DNA from: Candidatus Bathyarchaeum sp.
GTDB taxonomy: Archaea > Thermoproteota > Bathyarchaeia > Bathyarchaeales > Bathyarchaeaceae
NCBI GenBank assembly: GCA_026014495.1
Contig: JAOZIF010000098.1
Coordinates: 1 to 29,523 of the forward strand
Reading direction: 5' to 3'
DNA: 29,523 nt
Below, piece after piece: positions 9,530 to 16,918 of the stretch. The translations under genes were made by a program, and so were the position numbers. The first letter of the stretch is position 1. Each line of letters begins with the position of its first letter. Under the pieces are notes generated by a model. It searched no databases, had not been told where the DNA came from, and was given only the letters and a program-made list of their open reading frames with translations.

Positions 9530-9952
9530 TTGACTGCAGAAGAGGTTAAAGATACTCTAAAAGGGAACACGCTTGAAATCTACCGTTTCTTGGTAAAAAA
9601 CAATAAGCCTGTTGGAATCAGAGAAGTACAAAGAGCCCTAAACTTGAGCAGCCCCTCAGTAGTCGCTTACCACTTTTCTAAACTAGAAGAAGCAGGTCTT
9701 GTGAAACAAGAACAAGGTGACTATGTTGTCAGCAAGGTCATCTTGGATTATAATATACGAATCAGCCGTTTTATCATTCCAAGACACCTTTTTTATTTTA
9801 TATTCGCTATTGCAACGCTAATAATCGAACTTTCCATACTTAGACCCAGAGCCATAAACAACGAATATTTTTTCGTAATAGCTACAACACTAATATTCAC
9901 TGTAATCTTTGGTTATGAAGCACTAAAAGCATGCCACAGAAGCGACCTATAA
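9530..9952 (+). CDS. Winged-HTH transcription regulator with two C-terminal TM helices
   Basis: TLEIYRFL...VGIREVQRALNLSSPSVVAYHFSKLEEAGLV, then two hydrophobic segments. Start placed at the in-frame TTG 9530; the ORF track starts at 9479. Confidence 0.8.
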   Translation: MTAEEVKDTLKGNTLEIYRFLVKNNKPVGIREVQRALNLSSPSVVAYHFSKLEEAGLVKQEQGDYVVSKVILDYNIRISRFIIPRHLFYFIFAIATLIIELSILRPRAINNEYFFVIATTLIFTVIFGYEALKACHRSDL

Positions 9953-10002
9953 CAGCAAAAAGCCAACTTCTTATTTAGCACAACCCTGTTCTATTCCTTT
10001 TA

Positions 10003-10890
10003 ATGTCTAGTAAACAATTCTTCATTAATCGCTACAAGAAACTTGGTTGGAGCTACGAGCAAGTCCGGCTCAAGCGAGCAATCAGAATAAACACCATGAA
10101 CTCCAACAAAGACACCGTTGTAACCAGACTGGAATCTCTGGGAATAGTGCTGGAAAAAATTCCTTTTCTTGAGGACGGCTACTGGATTAGCAAAAGCAAG
10201 TTTTCTGTTGGCGCAACAGCAGAATATCTTTTGGGGTTATATTCGATTCAAGAAGCAGCCGCCCAAATCCCTGCTACATTATTCAATGAACTAAAAGACA
10301 AAATGGTTCTTGATGTTTGTGCTTCTCCAGGCGGAAAAACGGTTCAGTTAGCTAACATAATGGATAACAGTGGCGTAATCATTGCGCTTGAGCTTAAACC
10401 ACGAAAAATGTTTGCATTAACAAACCAGCTGGAACGCAACCGCGTAACAAACACTGCAGTTTACAATATGGACGCAAGAGAAGCTTCAAAGTTGAACATG
10501 AACTTTGATTGTGTTATTTTGGATGTTCCGTGTTCAGGAAATCCTATAACAGACAGGGATTGGTTTAACAAAAGAACAATGGAAGATGTGCTTAGGAATG
10601 CTCGTCGGCAAAGGCAAATCTTAACTGAAGCTGCCAAAGTCACCAAAGATGGCGGAGAAATTGTTTATGCCACGTGTTCAATGGAGCCCGAAGAGAACGA
10701 GTTCAACATAGACTGGGCAATAAGAAAGCTTCCTCTTAAAGTTGAACAAATCAAGTGCTATGGAGAAAAAGGGTTAACAAACGTTTTCGGCAAAGAACTT
10801 GACCGCTCTATAGAAAAATGCAAAAGAATTTGGCCTAACCCAACTCAAGGCTTCTTTGTCTGCAAACTCAAAAAACAGGTGAGCAACTAA
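10003..10890 (+). CDS. RsmB/NOP2(NOL1) family RNA m5C methyltransferase
   Basis: LDVCASPGGKT (motif I), ILDVPCSG (motif IV Cys), YATCS (motif VI Cys), EENE. Confidence 0.93.
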   Translation: MSSKQFFINRYKKLGWSYEQVRLKRAIRINTMNSNKDTVVTRLESLGIVLEKIPFLEDGYWISKSKFSVGATAEYLLGLYSIQEAAAQIPATLFNELKDKMVLDVCASPGGKTVQLANIMDNSGVIIALELKPRKMFALTNQLERNRVTNTAVYNMDAREASKLNMNFDCVILDVPCSGNPITDRDWFNKRTMEDVLRNARRQRQILTEAAKVTKDGGEIVYATCSMEPEENEFNIDWAIRKLPLKVEQIKCYGEKGLTNVFGKELDRSIEKCKRIWPNPTQGFFVCKLKKQVSN

Positions 10891-11429
10891 TGAAGGAAAT
10901 CAGCGATTTTGTGACACAATTTAATGCAAACATGCCCTTAGCGAAAAACAGCATTATCAAGAACAGAAACCGGTATTACATGTTAACTAAAACCTTGAAA
11001 AATCAGGCGCCAAAAGGTTTCTTTTATGCTGGCGCCTATCTTGGAGCAGTAAAGGGGACCAGTTTTTTTCCTAGTTTTCTTTTGTTAGAAATGATTACAA
11101 AGGGTAAAGCAAACAAGATGGTTGTTGACAAGAAGACTGCATGGCTTTTCATCTGTGGACGAGACATATTCCAGCAAGGAATACTTGAGCAAAATAACTT
11201 GAAAAAAGGCGACTATACTTTGATTATGAATGAACACAACGAATGTTTAGGATTTGGCAAAATAATGGTCAATCTTCGTGGACCACCTGATTCAAACAAG
11301 GTTGCTATAAAAAATATTTTGGACATAGGCGATTTCCTAAGACGCGAAAAACGGCAGTCCCGCCCAAAGCAACGTTCAGGCAACCTTCAGGACAAAGACC
11401 GTGCGCCTCGCAGGTTTAATCGAAAATAA
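10890..11429 (+). CDS. Nip7-like PUA-domain ribosome biogenesis protein
   Basis: AWLFICGRDIF, CLGFGK, NILDIGDFLRRE. TAATG stop/start overlap with the NOP2-family gene. Confidence 0.8.
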   Translation: MKEISDFVTQFNANMPLAKNSIIKNRNRYYMLTKTLKNQAPKGFFYAGAYLGAVKGTSFFPSFLLLEMITKGKANKMVVDKKTAWLFICGRDIFQQGILEQNNLKKGDYTLIMNEHNECLGFGKIMVNLRGPPDSNKVAIKNILDIGDFLRREKRQSRPKQRSGNLQDKDRAPRRFNRK

Positions 11430-11446
11430 TTTCAAGTTATGAATTG

Positions 11447-11704
11447 TTAAGACTTTTTCTGTAACCTGTCTTCTAAGCTGGCTACTCTTTTTCTCAAGCG
11501 CTCAACTTCGTCCTCTAAAGCGTTCATTCTTGCGGCACTGAGCTTGCCAAGCATTTTAGGCATGATTTTCATATCCATCTTGGATTGAAATTCAGATTCT
11601 GCAATTTGCCCCTGAGAAAACTTTAGCCATAAATTGAAGGCCTCTTTCTCGGGTTCTGTTAACAGTTTTTTAAATTCTTTTATCCATCTTTCTCTGAAGC
11701 TCAT
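11447..11704 (-). CDS. Small hypothetical protein with C-terminal coiled coil (85 aa)
   Basis: ATG 11704 overlaps the upstream TAA (TAATG) and follows GGAGG. Heptad pattern LEDEVERLRKRVASLEDRL. Confidence 0.75.
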   Translation of the reverse strand: MSFRERWIKEFKKLLTEPEKEAFNLWLKFSQGQIAESEFQSKMDMKIMPKMLGKLSAARMNALEDEVERLRKRVASLEDRLQKKS

Positions 11705-12261
11705 TATTTTTCCTCCACAATGCAACAAAGAAGCCGTTTCAACTCAGGCCAAACAGTAGCATCTTTCGCAGATTTGATGAAACGCTCCAAACTATTGTTT
11801 GCTGAACCAAATTTTTCGTATTCTTTAGCTTGCAAAGCCATCTCAATTTTATCGAGTTGCCGCACGGCTTTCGCCTCTTTTGTTTTGCCTTCTTTGTATT
11901 CGTTCCAAACTGCTAAGTAGTTTTCTCTTTGTATTTTTGGCAGAAGATTTAGCATCTGGTGTATGGCAGTTTGTTCGTTTTGTTTTGTTTCTGGGTTCTT
12001 CTGTGATGGCATGAGGTCTCCTATTATTGCTTCGGGGAGGTCGTGAATTAATGCCATTCTGAGTAGTTTTAATTGGTCTAACGATTGCATATCCGCGTAT
12101 AGCATACAAAGAAACGCTGTTCTGAAAGTGTGATCTGCAACTGACTCGGGCTGATACACTCCAACGTCGACCCATCCTGTTCTGGGGGTTCGTTTTAGAA
12201 TTCCGGTTATCTCCAAGAATTTGACGAGGCTCTGAAGGCTCGAGTCTGTTATGTTCTCCAA
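11704..12261 (-). CDS. HD-domain 5'-deoxynucleotidase-like protein (YfbR/HDDC2 family)
   Basis: LKRTPRTGW, ESVADHTFR, ALIHDLPEAIIGD, QLDKIEMALQAKEY. Confidence 0.88.
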   Translation of the reverse strand: MENITDSSLQSLVKFLEITGILKRTPRTGWVDVGVYQPESVADHTFRTAFLCMLYADMQSLDQLKLLRMALIHDLPEAIIGDLMPSQKNPETKQNEQTAIHQMLNLLPKIQRENYLAVWNEYKEGKTKEAKAVRQLDKIEMALQAKEYEKFGSANNSLERFIKSAKDATVWPELKRLLCCIVEEK

Positions 12262-12358
12262 TACAAAATCACCTTTCTAGTTTAAACTGGAATGATACTG
12301 AAGATATTTCTTATGAAGCAAAAAGCTGTAGTGCCACAAACTTTGTTAAGCCAAGTGT

Positions 12359-12616
12359 TTAGTCTGTTTTGTAGACCGTGTCGTTCTCTCTTACTTGACC
12401 TTGTACTTTCATTCCGATGCTTTGACCTGCTCTTGCCTGTTTAACCTTTGCATGTTCTATCTCCATAGAATTTACGGTCTGCTCAAGGTCTGTGGTAGGT
12501 CCCTTGATGACTATTTTGTCCCCGACCAAAATGGTGTCCGTCACCTCTATAATCGCTACATTAATCTTACCGAAAAAGTGCGATACCCTTCCAACTTCTA
12601 CAAGTGTTTCCCCCAA
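12359..12616 (-). CDS. Translation elongation factor-like beta-barrel protein (EF-Tu domain II / U32 C-terminal-like)
   Basis: VGRVSHFFGKINVA, GDKIVIKG.TTD.EQ.V.SMEIEH, A.AGQSIG.KV...VREND.VYK. TTG start. Confidence 0.8.
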   Translation of the reverse strand: MGETLVEVGRVSHFFGKINVAIIEVTDTILVGDKIVIKGPTTDLEQTVNSMEIEHAKVKQARAGQSIGMKVQGQVRENDTVYKTD

Positions 12617-12745
12617 AACCTTCCCCCCAACACTGCTTAATATTCAAGCACGGTTTGCCTAGATATAATTTGCCACATTTTTAGGATAAACAGGTGTGCT
12701 AACAAGTTTTTTATTGGTCGTTAGACCAGTTAGCTTGGGGATTAT

Positions 12746-13186
12746 TTGATGAAATTGACAAGCGAAAATTTTGTAGATAAAGGCAGCATCCCCTCCGAAT
12801 TTACCTGTGACGGAAAAAATATTTCTCCACAACTTTCATGGACTGAAATTCCTGAACAAACAAAAAGCTTTGCGTTGACCTCCACTGACCCTGATGCTCC
12901 TGGAGGAATGTGGATTCACTGGCTGGTATATGATATACCTAAGCAGATACAAGATGTTGAAAAGAACAGTTTGCCTGCGGGAGCCAAAGAGATTGAAAAC
13001 GATTTTGGCAAAAAACCGTACGGGGGCCCCTGTCCACCTTCCGGAACTCACAGATACTTCTTTACAATTTATGCGCTTGATGTTGAACATTTAGATAGCG
13101 TCAACAAACGCAATTTTCTAGACAAAGTTAAACAGCACACTATTGAAAAAGTTACAATCATGGGATTATACAAAAGACAACGATGA
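12746..13186 (+). CDS. YbhB/YbcL family (PEBP / Raf kinase inhibitor-like) protein
   Basis: CDGKNISPQLSW, DPDAP, WIHW, YGGPCPPSGTHRYFF. Confidence 0.92.
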   Translation: MMKLTSENFVDKGSIPSEFTCDGKNISPQLSWTEIPEQTKSFALTSTDPDAPGGMWIHWLVYDIPKQIQDVEKNSLPAGAKEIENDFGKKPYGGPCPPSGTHRYFFTIYALDVEHLDSVNKRNFLDKVKQHTIEKVTIMGLYKRQR

Positions 13187-13379
13187 ACCAGTTTTACCGT
13201 GTTTTCTCTTCTTTTGTGATGCACATCTATGTTCTAGATGACAATTTTTACATAAAAAATTATTAATAAAAAATCCAGTTTGTGCATTTACCTGCCGGTT
13301 TTGGGTTTAGCTCTGTTTGTTCTTGTTTTGGAGCTTACTCATTTGCCCCTTCTTGGGGTTGAGCTGTTTACTGGAGTTC

Positions 13380-13445
13380 TTACCAGTCTTCCTCCTCTTC
13401 GTCGTCTTCTTCCCAATCTTCCCATTCGTCTTCTTCGAACACCAT
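13380..13445 (-). CDS. 21-aa acidic Trp-containing micropeptide MVFEEDEWEDWEEDDEEEEDW (below the ORF-track cutoff)
   Basis: Read by hand: GGAGGTGA SD (13458-13451), 5-nt spacer, ATG 13445, TAA 13382-13380. Synonymous codons alternate (GAA/GAG, GAC/GAT). Confidence 0.75.
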   Translation of the reverse strand: MVFEEDEWEDWEEDDEEEEDW

Positions 13446-13753
13446 ATGTTTCACCTCCACGTAAGGTTTCCTTGAGAGCGACTCTCCGAAAAATCAAATA
13501 AGAGTTATGCACCTGAAAATGTGGCTGTGAATTGGTTATTTTAGCATTTAATCATTGAAAAATGACTTTTATGTCTAAAACGCTGTTATTCAGTCCATTA
13601 AAGTAAATTAAGACATATTTAACAAACTATTTCTAAATAAGGTCGCATTTTGGGTTTAATGTACGAATTACTTTTGAATTTAGAAGAAAAAAGACAAATA
13701 ACCGCTATCGAACGTTTAAAAATCTGTTACAAACCAAAACGGACTTACACGAG

Positions 13754-14287
13754 CTAAAAGGCGAATAACATCTTTTGAATGGCATGCAAATTCTGAGTAT
13801 CATGATTTTGGTGCCGCATAAAGATGCCAAAATACTTCTTTGTAAGCTGCCTCACCTTGTTTTCGTTGCCTTCATATTTCATGTGAAGAATCTCATGTAT
13901 CAAAGCTGCCCTAGCCCTACTTTTGAGATAAAAGCGAAGTTTCTCTTTCTTGTGATTTTTCAGTTTCTTCTTAAGAAAGCTCCGTTTTTTTGGAAAAATA
14001 AGAATTACGCCATCATCACTATTGCATCTTCCAGCAAGGCAATTTCCATTTTCTTTTTGAAACGGGAAAACTCTGACTTGAATATCTGTGACAGCCCTTT
14101 TCTCGATTCTTTCACGTTTAATTATCCAGTACAAAAACTTTTGAAACAAAGGTTTTCTCAAAGTCTCAGAAACCGCCGATGCATAATCGGTATAAAACTG
14201 CAGCCGTTGTTCTGAGCAGTTTTCAACTTTTTTAGGATTTGAAACCACTCTAATTTTGTTTGAAAGTTTTGACTGATCCATTTTCAT
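13754..14287 (-). CDS. Basic hypothetical protein with HExxH zincin motif
   Basis: LAGRC..DDGVILIFP and ALIHEILHMKY...E..V. K/R-rich. Confidence 0.6.
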   Translation of the reverse strand: MKMDQSKLSNKIRVVSNPKKVENCSEQRLQFYTDYASAVSETLRKPLFQKFLYWIIKRERIEKRAVTDIQVRVFPFQKENGNCLAGRCNSDDGVILIFPKKRSFLKKKLKNHKKEKLRFYLKSRARAALIHEILHMKYEGNENKVRQLTKKYFGIFMRHQNHDTQNLHAIQKMLFAF

Positions 14288-14422
14288 CCTGACACTTGCA
14301 ACTTGTTCTGTGGGAAGCTAAAACGCATAGAATTCCCAGAGAATTCGATTTGTACATTTTATATTCTCATAACTGCATTTAAACCCTTATCAAAAATGTT
14401 CAGCTGCAAAAGTGGTTATGGG

Positions 14423-15187
14423 TCATGCTGGTTTGATGACAGAGTTAACCTTTCTTAGAGCATGATATGCTTTCATTAATGTTTTTGAAAAGTCTGTTTT
14501 CAGCCACTGTTCATAAATGGCGGCTACCTTTTTTAGAATTAAGAATCGTCTTTTGATTCTAGAGAAACGGTCACGTATTAACCCATAATCAGTTTCAGTA
14601 CGGGTTTTTATGTAGAGTTCTTTGCAGGAACTAATAATGTCAACGACGCTTTTTTCAACTCTTTCTTTAGTTTCTTGCAGTAGTCTTTCAGAAGATGTCC
14701 TGTTTACGACTACTACACGCGAAATAATTTTGACGTTTCCTTGATGTTCTCTGATGAATTTAACGAATTTTAGTGCATCAACAAGTTTTGGTTCTTTTTC
14801 ATACAAAGAATGCTTTTGTGAAAAAGCGTAAACAGACCGCCGTAAACGTATACAGGGGGCTTTTCTAAGATAATTTTTCACAATCTCTCTGTTTGCTCCT
14901 TTTGGAAGCGTAAACATTACTACTACTAAACTTCCAAGTCCAGAGAATTCTTTCTTTTTTGCTAACTGTGGCTTTTTAATTTCCCTTAACCGTTTAAGAA
15001 CTATTGGCTGATTGTTTTCAAGAACTTTCAGGACGCTATGAATTTTCTTTTCGTTGATTTTCCAAAATGCCCTATGCACTTGCTGGCAGCCAAGCTCCTT
15101 TAAACGAACAGGAATAATGCTTCTGCCCTTGGATTCTATTGTAGCGCGGTATACAACATATAAGACCATGGTTCTCGTAGCCCTCAC
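14423..15187 (-). CDS. Basic protein with two tandem ferredoxin-like (Cas2/PaaX/ChrB_N-like) repeats and a C-terminal helical hairpin
   Basis: Repeat 1 LYVVYRA...RLKELGCQQVHRAFW; repeat 2 LVVVMFTLP...YLRKAPCIRLRRSVYAF; then long amphipathic helices, as in ChrB_N proteins. Confidence 0.55.
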   Translation of the reverse strand: MRATRTMVLYVVYRATIESKGRSIIPVRLKELGCQQVHRAFWKINEKKIHSVLKVLENNQPIVLKRLREIKKPQLAKKKEFSGLGSLVVVMFTLPKGANREIVKNYLRKAPCIRLRRSVYAFSQKHSLYEKEPKLVDALKFVKFIREHQGNVKIISRVVVVNRTSSERLLQETKERVEKSVVDIISSCKELYIKTRTETDYGLIRDRFSRIKRRFLILKKVAAIYEQWLKTDFSKTLMKAYHALRKVNSVIKPA

Positions 15188-15256
15188 AGCATCTCAATCT
15201 TTTATGTCTTCCCAAACATCACGCCATTCCTAGTCTCTGTTACTATGCAGTTATTG

Positions 15257-15520
15257 TTAGCAGTCACCTGATTTACTATTCTCAGTTATTAGTTGCTGTT
15301 TTTTGTTATGGCTTAATGTTTTAATTTTTCTTTCTCTTCTCATTGCCTCGCTGCGGCTCTCAAACTGTTCAACATAAACTAGTTTTTCAGGTTCATGCAT
15401 CCGCGTGTATCTTGCACCTCGCCCCTTCTTATGCAGTTCGAACCGTTTTTCCACATCTTTTGCGTGACCCGTGTAGTAGCTACCATCTTTGCAGCAAAGA
15501 ATGTAAACATAGTAAGGCAT
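15257..15520 (-). CDS. GIY-YIG nuclease family protein (UPF0213/YhbQ-like)
   Basis: YYVYILCCKDGSYYTG, RFELH..GRGARYT, Y.E.FESRSEAMRRE..IK. Start set at ATG 15520. Confidence 0.92.
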   Translation of the reverse strand: MPYYVYILCCKDGSYYTGHAKDVEKRFELHKKGRGARYTRMHEPEKLVYVEQFESRSEAMRRERKIKTLSHNKKQQLITENSKSGDC

Positions 15521-15583
15521 TGACAATTCCTCAGAGGCTAACAAAAAGCTGTTTGTTCTCTCTTAAAAAATTATATACATAAA

Positions 15584-15601
15584 AATCACATGACTGTGAT
15601 T
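15584..15601. promoter_or_regulatory. Inverted repeat AATCACA-TGAC-TGTGATT, candidate operator next to the TATA box of the GIY-YIG gene
   Basis: Perfect 7-bp arms; the minus-strand TATATAAT lies at 15577-15570. Confidence 0.45.
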
Positions 15602-15667
15602 GCTTCCAACTGTTTTTAGTCACTTTCTTCAAGTGCACAATAATACGACATTTTTACCGTCAATATG

Positions 15668-15677
15668 CCACATGTGG
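15668..15677. promoter_or_regulatory. Palindrome CCACATGTGG just upstream of the BRE/TATA-like GGAAACCCTTTTAAT of the wHTH gene
   Basis: Perfect 10-bp palindrome sharing CACA/TGTG half-sites with the repeat at 15584. Confidence 0.35.
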
Positions 15678-15759
15678 AAACCCTTTTAATCAGTTCCCGT
15701 AATAGATTACACAGAAATGACGTAAAAATAAAGTCACAAAACATTTTTGGCTGATTAAA

Positions 15760-16011
15760 ATGGCATTAAACATAGATGTTAAGAAACTGCCTAGAACCGT
15801 TTTGGAGAATGCCGTCAAACTCAATGATACACTAAAAAAGATTTACATTACCCTTTATTATACTGGCGAGGCCACAGCCCCAAAAGAAATAGCAAAAAAG
15901 CTGGGATACGCGAGAGCGTATGTTCACATGCGATTGTGTCAACTTGAATGCATGGGATTAGTTAAACGTGTTGAAGATGATAAACGCGTGAAATTTGAGG
16001 CAATCGAATAA
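15760..16011 (+). CDS. Small winged-HTH DNA-binding protein (TrmB/MarR-like, no effector domain)
   Basis: KIYITLY...TAPKEIAKKLGYARAYVHMRLCQLECMGLVKR. Confidence 0.8.
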   Translation: MALNIDVKKLPRTVLENAVKLNDTLKKIYITLYYTGEATAPKEIAKKLGYARAYVHMRLCQLECMGLVKRVEDDKRVKFEAIE

Positions 16012-16061
16012 TTTTTGAGTGATTTGCGGGCAGCCCAAACAAAACGTAGAAACTGGAAACC

Positions 16062-16559
16062 TTGAAATATCTGAAAAAGCTTTGGCTTTTAATGGCGACT
16101 CTGATGACGGAACCCCAATCCGCTCATTTGAAAAATTTGATTTTAAAAACCATAGACATTTACAACAGTTATCGAAGCCCAGAGTCGACAGCAAAGTTTG
16201 TTGCAGTAGAAAAAAACGGCGTTACCATCGACTTTGAAGGGCCCTTCTGTGATAGCTGCGGTGTAACAGATTATTTTGAAGACTTCATCTATGAACTAGC
16301 AACTATCAACAAACAGTTTAGGTTAGAACTAGAGCAGAGCGAACCTACAGGTCCGCAGAGTTTCAGAGTGAGATATAAACTCAAAGAGAGTGTATATGAA
16401 GTTGAAGATGATCAGCTTTTTCGGGAATTTCTGTTAGATAGAGGTTTGTCATTCAAAGAATATGTTGCATCTAATTCCTGTACAAAAGATGTGGTTATGT
16501 TCCATTTTCGAACTTGGCTGTTTGAAAAAAAGCAAGCGACAGGAAATAGTGTCCCGTAA
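16062..16559 (+). CDS. Hypothetical archaeal protein with FEGPFCxxCG motif (NifU-C-like CxxC fold suspected); true start may be ATG 16092 or 16104
   Basis: YNSYRSPESTAK, IDFEGPFCDSCGVTDYFEDF, plus a C-terminal helical extension. Confidence 0.7.
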   Translation: MKYLKKLWLLMATLMTEPQSAHLKNLILKTIDIYNSYRSPESTAKFVAVEKNGVTIDFEGPFCDSCGVTDYFEDFIYELATINKQFRLELEQSEPTGPQSFRVRYKLKESVYEVEDDQLFREFLLDRGLSFKEYVASNSCTKDVVMFHFRTWLFEKKQATGNSVP

Positions 16560-16562
16560 TTG

Positions 16563-16742
16563 TTAGACTGGAACAAAATTTAAGTCCTTTTTTAGGTTCT
16601 TGAGCGTTTCTTCTTTTGCTCCCATTTCTTTTAACACATCAAGTAGCGTGTCGATGTTAGGAATTTTCTTACATTTTTGGCAAACCCTTACATCAGCAGA
16701 GTAGTGTTTCATGTTTCCGCCACAATCACAAATGTTAGACAT
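16563..16742 (-). CDS. 59-aa Zn-ribbon microprotein MSNICDCGGNMKHYSADVRVCQKCKKIPNIDTLLDVLKEMGAKEETLKNLKKDLNFVPV (one residue below the ORF-track cutoff)
   Basis: Read by hand: ATG 16742, TAA 16565-16563. CxC-GG...CxxC knuckles followed by two amphipathic helices; ends 3 nt from the convergent CDS stop. Confidence 0.65.
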   Translation of the reverse strand: MSNICDCGGNMKHYSADVRVCQKCKKIPNIDTLLDVLKEMGAKEETLKNLKKDLNFVPV

Positions 16743-16918
16743 AAAAGATCACATAATAATATGCAGTGACAAAACCAGATATATTTTGTGATAAAAAGTG
16801 GCGATTATTTTGGGCGTTTCTAGTTTTTGGATTTGTGTGTGCTTAATTTTGAATCAGTATTGTTGAACATTATTTTTGATTCCGAACTCTTTTACATGCA
16901 CGAACCATTCTAGGAACT

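Noticed and set aside
13280-13501. 73-aa plus-strand ORF rich in L/P/R
   Set aside because: Its low complexity is the antisense of the D/E/W peptide, and the SD evidence is on the minus strand.
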